From positions 1 to 64,000 of the IMG/VR virus record IMGVR_UViG_3300016474_000049: a stretch of DNA of 64,000 bases; one strand, written 5' to 3'. This stretch comes from a virus. Positions 8,492 to 15,822 of the stretch are shown here, in pieces; position 1 is the first letter of the stretch, and each line of letters starts with the position of its first letter. The notes under the pieces were generated by a model. That model ran no database searches and was not told the DNA's origin. It saw nothing but the letters and a program-made list of their open reading frames with translations. The translations under genes were made by a program, and so were the position numbers.

Positions 8492-8736
8492 ACCGCGAAC
8501 AAATAATCGGAATGGCGCGGGAGGCTGGGTTTGAAGTTTACGGAACCGATGTATGGATAACCGATGGCTGGTGGCTAGAGGAACTTGAACGCTTCGCTGC
8601 CCTTGTCGCCAAGCATGAGCGTGAGGCGTGTGCGAAGGTGTGTGACGCTGTGCAGAAAAAGAACGAAGACGACGGAGCATGGATGTGGGAAGCGAGAAAC
8701 TGCGCCGCTGCCATACGAGCAAGGGGGGAGAAATGA
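8488..8736 (+). CDS. hypothetical protein with HEREACAKVC...AIRARG motif (paralog 2 of 3)
   Basis: ATGA coupling. Motifs RFAALVAKHEREACAKVCD and AAAIRARGEK. Confidence 0.6.
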   Translation: MNREQIIGMAREAGFEVYGTDVWITDGWWLEELERFAALVAKHEREACAKVCDAVQKKNEDDGAWMWEARNCAAAIRARGEK

Positions 8737-8972
8737 GCGGTGATCACAACATGTTTCAGAAGCCAAGATCCTATGACGATGACACTCAATACGATGAGGC
8801 ACAAGTGCAAGCCATGATCAGGAAGGCTGTGCGCGACGAACGCGAGGCGTGTGCGAAGGTGTGTGAGGGGCTTGGGGTGCATCCGGCATTGAATGTATTT
8901 AATGGTGGCCCTGAGTGGTACAAGCATGGAAAAGACTGCGCCGCCGCTATACGAGCAAGGAGTGGGAAATGA
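8733..8972 (+). CDS. hypothetical protein with DEREACAKVC...AIRARS motif (paralog 3 of 3), MSGDHN N-terminus
   Basis: ATGA overlap at 8733 with AAGGGGGGAG upstream (the track start at 8679 is less likely). Its N-terminal MSGDHNMFQK is shared with the next gene. Confidence 0.55.
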   Translation: MSGDHNMFQKPRSYDDDTQYDEAQVQAMIRKAVRDEREACAKVCEGLGVHPALNVFNGGPEWYKHGKDCAAAIRARSGK

Positions 8973-9223
8973 GTGGTGATCACAACAAGTTTCAAAAAGC
9001 CAAAGGTCAAAGGAAAGGACTGTTCGATGACGTACCCCTTGTTAATCCTGACAGAGACAAAGCTTGGGAAGCATTCATCAAACGCAAAGATGTTAAAGCC
9101 ATGATGAAAGGCAAAGAAGATTTTAAGTTCCCACTTGATGGGTCATATGACCTGTGGTGTATCGTTTGGGAGAAAGCTTGGCATAAAGGGTTTGAAGCAG
9201 CATGGAAGGAAAAGGATAAATGA
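8969..9223 (+). CDS. hypothetical protein with MSGDHN N-terminus (84 aa)
   Basis: ATGA overlap at 8969. The junction sequence 8949-9001 repeats 8713-8765. Confidence 0.55.
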   Translation: MSGDHNKFQKAKGQRKGLFDDVPLVNPDRDKAWEAFIKRKDVKAMMKGKEDFKFPLDGSYDLWCIVWEKAWHKGFEAAWKEKDK

Positions 9224-9438
9224 AACGAAAACGAGGACCAAACAAAAACCCAACGCTTATTCATACGAACATACGCTATCCAAAAGAAGTTATTGAATAC
9301 TTCATGCACAACGGCGAAGGATCATCGTGCTATATACGTATGCGTAATGCTTTGATTGAATACGTTAAGGAGAGAACCCATGACAACGCCGGAATACAAA
9401 GTCAAGAAGAAAGTAGTGGATCTGCTGAAGCAATATGA
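9220..9438 (+). CDS. hypothetical small basic protein (72 aa)
   Basis: ATGA coupling at 9220. Its 3' end overlaps the VRR-NUC start by 59 nt, so its extent is uncertain. Confidence 0.4.
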   Translation: MKRKRGPNKNPTLIHTNIRYPKEVIEYFMHNGEGSSCYIRMRNALIEYVKERTHDNAGIQSQEESSGSAEAI

Positions 9439-9676
9439 AATCTATCACTTCTTTCCTGCTACTCATGGTTATGGTCGTTCAGGTATTCCTGACATCGTAT
9501 GTTGTATCCGAGGCTACTTCCTTGCTATTGAATGTAAAGCAGGAACAAACCAACCCACTGCTTTACAACGCCGAGAAATAGGTCTGATACAAAAGGCTAG
9601 AGGTATAGCTTTCGTTATCAACGAAGATAACATTGAAGACCTTCATACGGCTATCAAAGAGATCATGCGTACATGA
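9380..9676 (+). CDS. VRR-NUC family nuclease
   Basis: AAGGAGAG RBS then ATG at 9380. PD-(D/E)XK-type motifs GIPDIV and LAIECKAG, and a size typical of VRR-NUC. Confidence 0.7.
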   Translation: MTTPEYKVKKKVVDLLKQYEIYHFFPATHGYGRSGIPDIVCCIRGYFLAIECKAGTNQPTALQRREIGLIQKARGIAFVINEDNIEDLHTAIKEIMRT

Positions 9677-11499
9677 ACATACTAACAATCGATTTTGAAA
9701 CTTATTACAGTCGTGATTTCTCACTGACCAAGATGACGACTGAAGAATACGTACGTAGCCCACACTTTGAAGTGATTGGGGTAGCCGTTAAAGTTGGTGA
9801 TGAAGATACTAAATGGTTTAGTGGCACGTATGCAGAAACAAAACAATTCCTACAACAATTCAACTGGCGTGAGTCTTTGGCGCTTGCTCATAATGCTATG
9901 TTTGATGCCGCTATTCTTACTTGGCATTTTGGTATTAAGCCTCGTGGATGGATTGATACGCTCAGTATGGCGAGGGCGATACACGGCACAGAAGTGGGGG
10001 GTAGCTTGGCGGCGTTGGCGAAGCACTACCAACTCGGCATCAAAGGCACGGAAGTAAACGATGCGCTAGGTAAACGCAGATTAGATTTCACAACGCAGGA
10101 GTTAGCAAGGTACGGTGAGTATTGTGTCAATGACGTTGACCTGACCTATGACTTGTTGCAGTGCTTGTTAAAAGATTTTCCGCAGATGGAACTGCGGCTG
10201 ATCGACCTGACGATCAAGATGTACTCGGAGCCTGTGCTTGTGCTTGATAAGGTTGTACTAGCTGAACACCTAGCAGCAGTGCAGAAAAAGAAAGAGGATC
10301 TACTAGCCAAGGTCACGGTGGATAAAGCCACCTTGATGAGCAACCCTCAGTTTGCAGATGTACTAACAAGCCTTGGGGTAACACCCCCTACAAAAATTAG
10401 TCCCACCACGGGGCGTGAGACCTTGGCACTAGCTAAGAATGACGAAGAGTTCAAGGCGTTGGCAGAACACCCCAACCCTGATGTGCAGGCACTTGTTGCT
10501 GCGAGGCTAGGTACTAAGTCAACCCTTGAGGAGACAAGGACCGAGCGGTTCATAAGTATTGCAGAGCGTGGAGCAATGCCTGTGCCGTTGAAGTATTACG
10601 CTGCACATACAGGCAGGTGGGGCGGTACGGATAACCTTAACCTACAGAACTTACCAAGATCATCCCCACTTAAGCACGCTATCCGTGCACCCCAAGGTTA
10701 TGTGATGATCGACTCAGACTCCTCGCAGATTGAAGCGCGAACGCTTGCGTGGCTAGCAGGGCAGTGGGACTTGGTGCAAGCCTTTGAGCGTGGGGAAGAT
10801 GTGTACCGCATCATGGCTAGTGCTATCTATAACAAGCCAGTGGAAGATATAACCAAGGACGAACGCTTCGTAGGCAAGACCACAATCCTTGGCAGCGGCT
10901 ATGGTATGGGGGCTAAGAAGTTCCAAGCGCAGCTTAAGAACTTTGGTGTAACTATTGCAGAGGAAGAAGCGCAGCGCATCATCTCGGTGTACAGGGAGAC
11001 ATACCCCCGCATCCCCTTGCTATGGAAGGACTGTCAGAAAGCACTTGTGGCTATCTTGATAGGGCAGAGGGCAGGACTGCCGGAGGATAAACCTCAGATC
11101 TATGCAGAGGGTGAGCACGGTATCAGGCTACCTAACGGGTTATATCTCAAGTATCCCAACCTGCGGATTCACGTCACACCAGAAGGTAAAGAAGAATTCG
11201 TATACGACACCAAGAAGGGTAAAGCAGTTATCCCTAACCGCATATACGGAGGGAAAGTCACAGAGAATATCTGTCAGGCTTTAGCTAGAATCATCATTGG
11301 CGAACAGATGTTAATCATCGCTAGGCGGTATCGTGTGGTTATGACCGTGCATGATGCCATTGCTTGTATAGCACCAAAGGAAGAAGCAGAAGTTGCTAAA
11401 GGTTTCATCGAGCAGTGCATGAGAATGCGCCCCGATTGGTGTGAAGAGCTACCGTTAAATTGCGAAGCAGGTTATGGGGAAACTTATGGAAGTTGTTGA
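9673..11499 (+). CDS. family A DNA polymerase with 3'-5' exonuclease domain
   Basis: Exo I TIDFETYY, Exo II HNAMFDAAIL, Exo III YCVNDVDLTYDL. Pol motif A IDSDSSQIEARTLAW, motif B RFVGKTTILGSGYGMG, motif C VMTVHDAI. Confidence 0.95.
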   Translation: MNILTIDFETYYSRDFSLTKMTTEEYVRSPHFEVIGVAVKVGDEDTKWFSGTYAETKQFLQQFNWRESLALAHNAMFDAAILTWHFGIKPRGWIDTLSMARAIHGTEVGGSLAALAKHYQLGIKGTEVNDALGKRRLDFTTQELARYGEYCVNDVDLTYDLLQCLLKDFPQMELRLIDLTIKMYSEPVLVLDKVVLAEHLAAVQKKKEDLLAKVTVDKATLMSNPQFADVLTSLGVTPPTKISPTTGRETLALAKNDEEFKALAEHPNPDVQALVAARLGTKSTLEETRTERFISIAERGAMPVPLKYYAAHTGRWGGTDNLNLQNLPRSSPLKHAIRAPQGYVMIDSDSSQIEARTLAWLAGQWDLVQAFERGEDVYRIMASAIYNKPVEDITKDERFVGKTTILGSGYGMGAKKFQAQLKNFGVTIAEEEAQRIISVYRETYPRIPLLWKDCQKALVAILIGQRAGLPEDKPQIYAEGEHGIRLPNGLYLKYPNLRIHVTPEGKEEFVYDTKKGKAVIPNRIYGGKVTENICQALARIIIGEQMLIIARRYRVVMTVHDAIACIAPKEEAEVAKGFIEQCMRMRPDWCEELPLNCEAGYGETYGSC

Positions 11500-11722
11500 T
11501 TACATTGACTATTCTGAGAACATGCTCAAGGTTGAAAAGCTACTTGCACAATTGCAAAATCTATTGCTTAATAGGAGGTTTCAGGAAGCCGTAGAGCTTT
11601 GTCCCCTGCTATCTACAGAGGTACGGCTGCTCAACAACAGCATCAAAATAACCCACGAGAATAATGAGCAATATCAGTTGGTCATACAGCAGCCTAAAGA
11701 CATTCCAACAATGCCCACGTAA
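11474..11722 (+). CDS. hypothetical small protein (82 aa)
   Basis: The ORF overlaps the polymerase 3' end by 26 nt and the next gene by 59 nt. Alternative ATG at 11486. Confidence 0.35.
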   Translation: MGKLMEVVDYIDYSENMLKVEKLLAQLQNLLLNRRFQEAVELCPLLSTEVRLLNNSIKITHENNEQYQLVIQQPKDIPTMPT

Positions 11723-12359
11723 GTATTACCATCTTAAGATTAAGAAGGATGTACAGGACTCAGGCAGTGAAGCAACCTTGTACGGCAAGGAGTTACACAA
11801 AGCAGCAGAGGACTACATCAAAGATGGTGTGCCCATACCAGAGCGGTTCGGGTTTATTCAGGGGATGCTTGACTCTCTGGTAAAGATCGAAGGCATAAAG
11901 CATTGCGAGTATGAGATGGGGCTGATGAAGGAGGGAGACTCGCTCTCCCCCTGTAGGTTCAATACAAAAGGTTTTTGGTGGAGGGGAATAGCGGACTTAC
12001 TGATCATCAACGAGGACAAAGGTATAGCGCACCTTGTTGACTATAAGACTGGAAAGAACGCTAAGTTTGCAGATACACAGCAGTTAGATGTACTAGCGGC
12101 AGCTACCTTCATACACTTCCCCAAGATCCATACCGTTAAATCGGCACTGTTGTTTGTAGTCAGTAAAGAGTTTATACAGAGAAAGCATACGGCTGACATG
12201 AAGCTTGAATATCTGGAGCCTCAGATACAGCAATTAGCTAAGTTGGAAGCCGCAATGCAGAACGATACGTGGAACCCAGTAACAAGTGGTTTATGCAAGT
12301 TCTGTCCCGTGACTAGCTGCGAACACAATACGAAAGGAGATCACTATGCCTTACGTTAA
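11664..12359 (+). CDS. PD-(D/E)XK nuclease, Cas4/RecB-like with 4-Cys cluster
   Basis: N-terminal SYSSLKTFQQCPRKYY, IADLLI, LVDYKTGK, and C-terminal CKFCPVTSC. This gives the C...CxxC...C pattern of Cas4/AddB-type iron-sulfur nucleases. Confidence 0.8.
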   Translation: MSNISWSYSSLKTFQQCPRKYYHLKIKKDVQDSGSEATLYGKELHKAAEDYIKDGVPIPERFGFIQGMLDSLVKIEGIKHCEYEMGLMKEGDSLSPCRFNTKGFWWRGIADLLIINEDKGIAHLVDYKTGKNAKFADTQQLDVLAAATFIHFPKIHTVKSALLFVVSKEFIQRKHTADMKLEYLEPQIQQLAKLEAAMQNDTWNPVTSGLCKFCPVTSCEHNTKGDHYALR

Positions 12360-12639
12360 TAAACCAAGACCGTACAAAAAAGAATACCAACAACAATTAG
12401 CACGAGGAGAAAAAGACGAGCGCAGGGTGCGCGAGAGGGCACGAGATCTGATTGATCGCAACGGTAAAGATGCTAACGGCAACGGTAAAGCTGATGTGCG
12501 CGAGGGTAAAGATATAGATCACAAACGTCCCATCACAAAGGGCGGTGGCAACAGCAAGAAGAACCTACGCATTACCTCAGCAAGTGCTAACCGATCATTC
12601 AGTCGCAACAGCAACCATACAATAAAGCGTAACGACTAG
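12346..12639 (+). CDS. small basic HNH-like protein
   Basis: GGAG RBS. DIDHKRPITKGGGNSKKNLRITSASANRS resembles a minimal HNH (DH...N...N) core. Confidence 0.5.
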   Translation: MPYVNKPRPYKKEYQQQLARGEKDERRVRERARDLIDRNGKDANGNGKADVREGKDIDHKRPITKGGGNSKKNLRITSASANRSFSRNSNHTIKRND

Positions 12640-12640
12640 C

Positions 12641-14197
12641 ATGGAAGTGATCGATAACAAGGCGCTGATAGTCAGGACTAAATATCCTGAACGCATAACA
12701 GCAGCTATAGAAAAGAGCAAGGTGGTAGGGCAAGCAGATGGAGTGTATGAAGTTGCAGTCAGGTGGGGGTTGAACGAAGCTCAACTGCTTAATCAGTTCA
12801 TCAAAGGTGTCCCATCTCCCATATCAAAGAAATACGATTGGCCGGGACAGTTCACACCATTCAACCATCAAAAGACTACAGCAGAGTTCTTAACACTAAA
12901 CCGTAAAGCGTTCTGCTTTAACGAACAAGGCACGGGTAAGACGGCATCGGTTATCTGGTCTGCGGATTACTTGATGAAGTTAGGGCTTGTGCGTCGCGTG
13001 TTGGTGGTCTGCCCTCTGTCCATTATGAAGTCAGCATGGCAGGAAGATCTCTTTAAGTTTGCTGTGCACCGCACATGCAACGTAGCCTACGGATCAGCAG
13101 CGCAACGGGTCAAGATAGTAGGTAGCCGTGCTGAGTTTGTCATAACAAACTTTGAAGGCGTGGAGATTATTGAGGATGCAGTAACACGCGACGGTACGTT
13201 TGACTTGATTGTTGTCGATGAAGCCAACGCTTATAAAAATGTATCGACCAGACGTTGGAAAGTTATGAAGCGTGTGTCGGATCGTGCCAAGTGGTTATGG
13301 ATGTTGACAGGCACACCAGCCGCGCAGTCACCTGTTGATGCTTACGGATTAGCAAAGTTAGTCAACCCAGACAACACACCAAAGTTCCTTGGTTCGTTTC
13401 GTGACAAGGTCATGCAAAAGGTCAGTCAGTTCAGATGGGTTCCCAGACCTAATGCAGAGAACGTCGTGCATCAAGTGCTGCAACCTGCGATTCGGTTTGA
13501 GAAGAAAGATTGTATCGATCTGCCTGACCTTATGTACGTAGAGCGAGATGCACCACTGACGCCACAGCAACGCAAGTATTACAAGATCCTCAAAGACCAG
13601 ATGATGATCTCAGCCGGTGGCGAAGAAGTTACCTCTATGAATGCAGCCACAAGCTTGAACAAGTTGCTACAGATTTCTGGTGGCGCAGTCTATACGGACA
13701 GTAGAGAAGTTATAGAGTTTGACGTGTCTAATCGTTTGCAGGTCATCGAGGAAGTTATCGAGGAGGCTAGCCACAAGGTTTTAGTATTTGTACCGTTCAC
13801 TCATACCATCGAGTTGCTCAACAATCACCTAACCAAAGCAGGCATAACGTCTGACATTATCAACGGATCAGTAACCGTTAATCGCAGGGCTGCAATCATT
13901 AAGAACTTCCAAGAGCAGCCCGACCCTAAAGTGCTTATCATTCAACCACAAGCTGCATCGCATGGACTAACGCTGACTGCTGCTAACGTGGTGATATGGT
14001 ACGCACCTGTGACTTCTGTAGAAACTTATCTGCAAGCAAACGCTCGCATCAATAGGCCCGGACAGAAGAACACAATGACGGTGGTGCACATATCGGGCAG
14101 TCCTGTAGAGCGCAAGCTTTACGAGATGCTTAAAAACAATATCGATGTGCATTCCCGTATCGTTGACTTGTATGGTCAAGAGCTTAAAGAAACTTGA
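12641..14197 (+). CDS. SNF2-family helicase/translocase
   Basis: Motif I NEQGTGKT, motif II VVDEANAYKN, motif VI QANARINRPGQ. C-terminal helicase domain layout. Confidence 0.9.
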   Translation: MEVIDNKALIVRTKYPERITAAIEKSKVVGQADGVYEVAVRWGLNEAQLLNQFIKGVPSPISKKYDWPGQFTPFNHQKTTAEFLTLNRKAFCFNEQGTGKTASVIWSADYLMKLGLVRRVLVVCPLSIMKSAWQEDLFKFAVHRTCNVAYGSAAQRVKIVGSRAEFVITNFEGVEIIEDAVTRDGTFDLIVVDEANAYKNVSTRRWKVMKRVSDRAKWLWMLTGTPAAQSPVDAYGLAKLVNPDNTPKFLGSFRDKVMQKVSQFRWVPRPNAENVVHQVLQPAIRFEKKDCIDLPDLMYVERDAPLTPQQRKYYKILKDQMMISAGGEEVTSMNAATSLNKLLQISGGAVYTDSREVIEFDVSNRLQVIEEVIEEASHKVLVFVPFTHTIELLNNHLTKAGITSDIINGSVTVNRRAAIIKNFQEQPDPKVLIIQPQAASHGLTLTAANVVIWYAPVTSVETYLQANARINRPGQKNTMTVVHISGSPVERKLYEMLKNNIDVHSRIVDLYGQELKET

Positions 14198-14222
14198 CAA
14201 AGTCAACTTTATGATTTATAGT
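14194..14222 (+). promoter_or_regulatory. sigma70-type promoter TTGACA-N17-TATAGT
   Basis: TTGACA at 14194-14199 (overlapping the SNF2 stop), a 17-nt spacer, TATAGT at 14217-14222, followed by AAAGGAG RBS and ATG at 14254. Confidence 0.6.
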
Positions 14223-14253
14223 TAACCCACAAAACAACTTAAAGGAGCGTAGC

Positions 14254-14688
14254 ATGGATGAGGGCATCCAAGACCTTGTGTCCCCTGAAGAAAAGCAATC
14301 TGTCCCTGTGGACAAATTAGCAGGCATCTATATCAAGATTCGAGATGCGCGAGCGAGACTGAAATCTGAGTACGAAGCTAAAGACACTGAGCTTCAAGAG
14401 CAGATGGATATGATCGAGGAGCAACTTCTTGAAGCTTGCAAAGCAATAGGTGCAGATAGTATTCGCACGGTAGCGGGTACTGTAATTCGTAGTGTGAAGA
14501 ACCGTTACTGGACGAACGATTGGGATTCCATGTACAGCTTTGTACGTGAGCACGATGCGTTTGGTTTATTAGAACGGCGCATTCATCAAACCAACATGAA
14601 GCAATTCATTGAGGAAAACCCCAACTTGTTACCGATGGGTCTGAACACCGATAGTCGGTACAGCATTGTTGTCCGTCGCAGTAAGTAA
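14254..14688 (+). CDS. hypothetical protein (144 aa), coiled-coil N-terminus
   Basis: AAAGGAG RBS. First gene after the promoter. No firm family. Confidence 0.65.
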   Translation: MDEGIQDLVSPEEKQSVPVDKLAGIYIKIRDARARLKSEYEAKDTELQEQMDMIEEQLLEACKAIGADSIRTVAGTVIRSVKNRYWTNDWDSMYSFVREHDAFGLLERRIHQTNMKQFIEENPNLLPMGLNTDSRYSIVVRRSK

Positions 14689-14701
14689 CCAAGAGGAACC
14701 T

Positions 14702-15571
14702 ATGTCTAACGTAACTGTATTCCAACAAGACCTTCCCGACTTCCTTAAGAATACTGAAGTCGATGAGCTAACCAAAGCACTTGCAGGTGGCACACAAAAC
14801 CGTCGCATCTCCATCAGGGGTGGGCGTTTCCGTCTTGTGATTAATGGTGAAGAAGTATCTAAGACCGACAAGCCTGAGCTTGATGTGGTGGTTGCAGCAG
14901 GGCGCAAAGAGAACTCACGCATCTTCTATGCTAAAGCTTATAACCCCAAGGAGATCACTGCTCCTGATTGTTGGTCTGATGATGGTGTGACTCCACACTC
15001 CAAGGCTGAGAACCGTCAAGCTGATACATGCGCTAACTGTCCTCAGAATATTGCAGGGTCTGGGACTAACGGTACTCGTGCCTGCCGCTACCAAAAGCGT
15101 CTTGCCGTGGTGCTTGCAAACGATCCAACTAACGGGTTGTTCCAATTGACGCTGCCTTCGCAGTCTATCTTCGCCAAGGGTGATATGGATTCGATGGGCT
15201 TTGATCAGTACGCTAAATACATTGCAGGTAACGGCAAGAACATCAACATGGTCGTGACTCGCATGTCTTTTGATGGCGATAGCGATGTGCCTGTGCTTAA
15301 GTTCCGTGCAGTTGGCTACGTAAACCGTGAGCAATACGATGCAGCTATTGAAGGTGGTAATTCACCAGAAGCACAACGCATGCTCTCTTCTACCGTGGCG
15401 CAAACGGATAGCGTTAAAGCACTACCTAAAGCTGAAGCGAAGCCTGCTGCTAAGCCAGTAGTTGAAGACATCGAAGAGCCGGTGAAGCGTCCCAACAAGA
15501 AAGCTGAAGTTGAACCTGAGAAGAAGCGGGATCTGACAGCGGTCCTCGATGCTTGGGGCGACGACAACTAA
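14702..15571 (+). CDS. hypothetical replication-module protein with Cys cluster (possible ssDNA-binding or recombination role)
   Basis: GAGGAA RBS then ATG at 14702 (the track start at 14666 is less likely). PDCWS...CANCPQN...ACRYQKR Cys cluster, acidic/Lys-rich tail ending DAWGDDN. The function is inferred from context only. Confidence 0.6.
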   Translation: MSNVTVFQQDLPDFLKNTEVDELTKALAGGTQNRRISIRGGRFRLVINGEEVSKTDKPELDVVVAAGRKENSRIFYAKAYNPKEITAPDCWSDDGVTPHSKAENRQADTCANCPQNIAGSGTNGTRACRYQKRLAVVLANDPTNGLFQLTLPSQSIFAKGDMDSMGFDQYAKYIAGNGKNINMVVTRMSFDGDSDVPVLKFRAVGYVNREQYDAAIEGGNSPEAQRMLSSTVAQTDSVKALPKAEAKPAAKPVVEDIEEPVKRPNKKAEVEPEKKRDLTAVLDAWGDDN

Positions 15572-15572
15572 A

Positions 15573-15800
15573 ATGGCTATCGGCTACAGTCAACAGCTTA
15601 TCAGCGACAACAAAGCTGCGGACAGGCGGAAGCTCGGAGTCTTATTAGGTAGAGTGTGCATCAAGCACAACATCTCTGTAGCCGATGTAGCGGCGTACTT
15701 CAGTGTCAGTAGGCAGACTGTCTACAACTGGTTTAGGGGCACTGAGGTACGTCCAATCTACAGGGATCTGATGAGTCGTTTTATCAGCAGCTATCGGTAA
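15573..15800 (+). CDS. small HTH DNA-binding protein (Cro/XRE-like)
   Basis: ATG 1 nt after the upstream stop. VADVAAYFSVSRQTVYNWFRG is a classic HTH. Confidence 0.6.
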   Translation: MAIGYSQQLISDNKAADRRKLGVLLGRVCIKHNISVADVAAYFSVSRQTVYNWFRGTEVRPIYRDLMSRFISSYR

Positions 15801-15822
15801 TGCTTGCCGGAGGATTCGCAAA

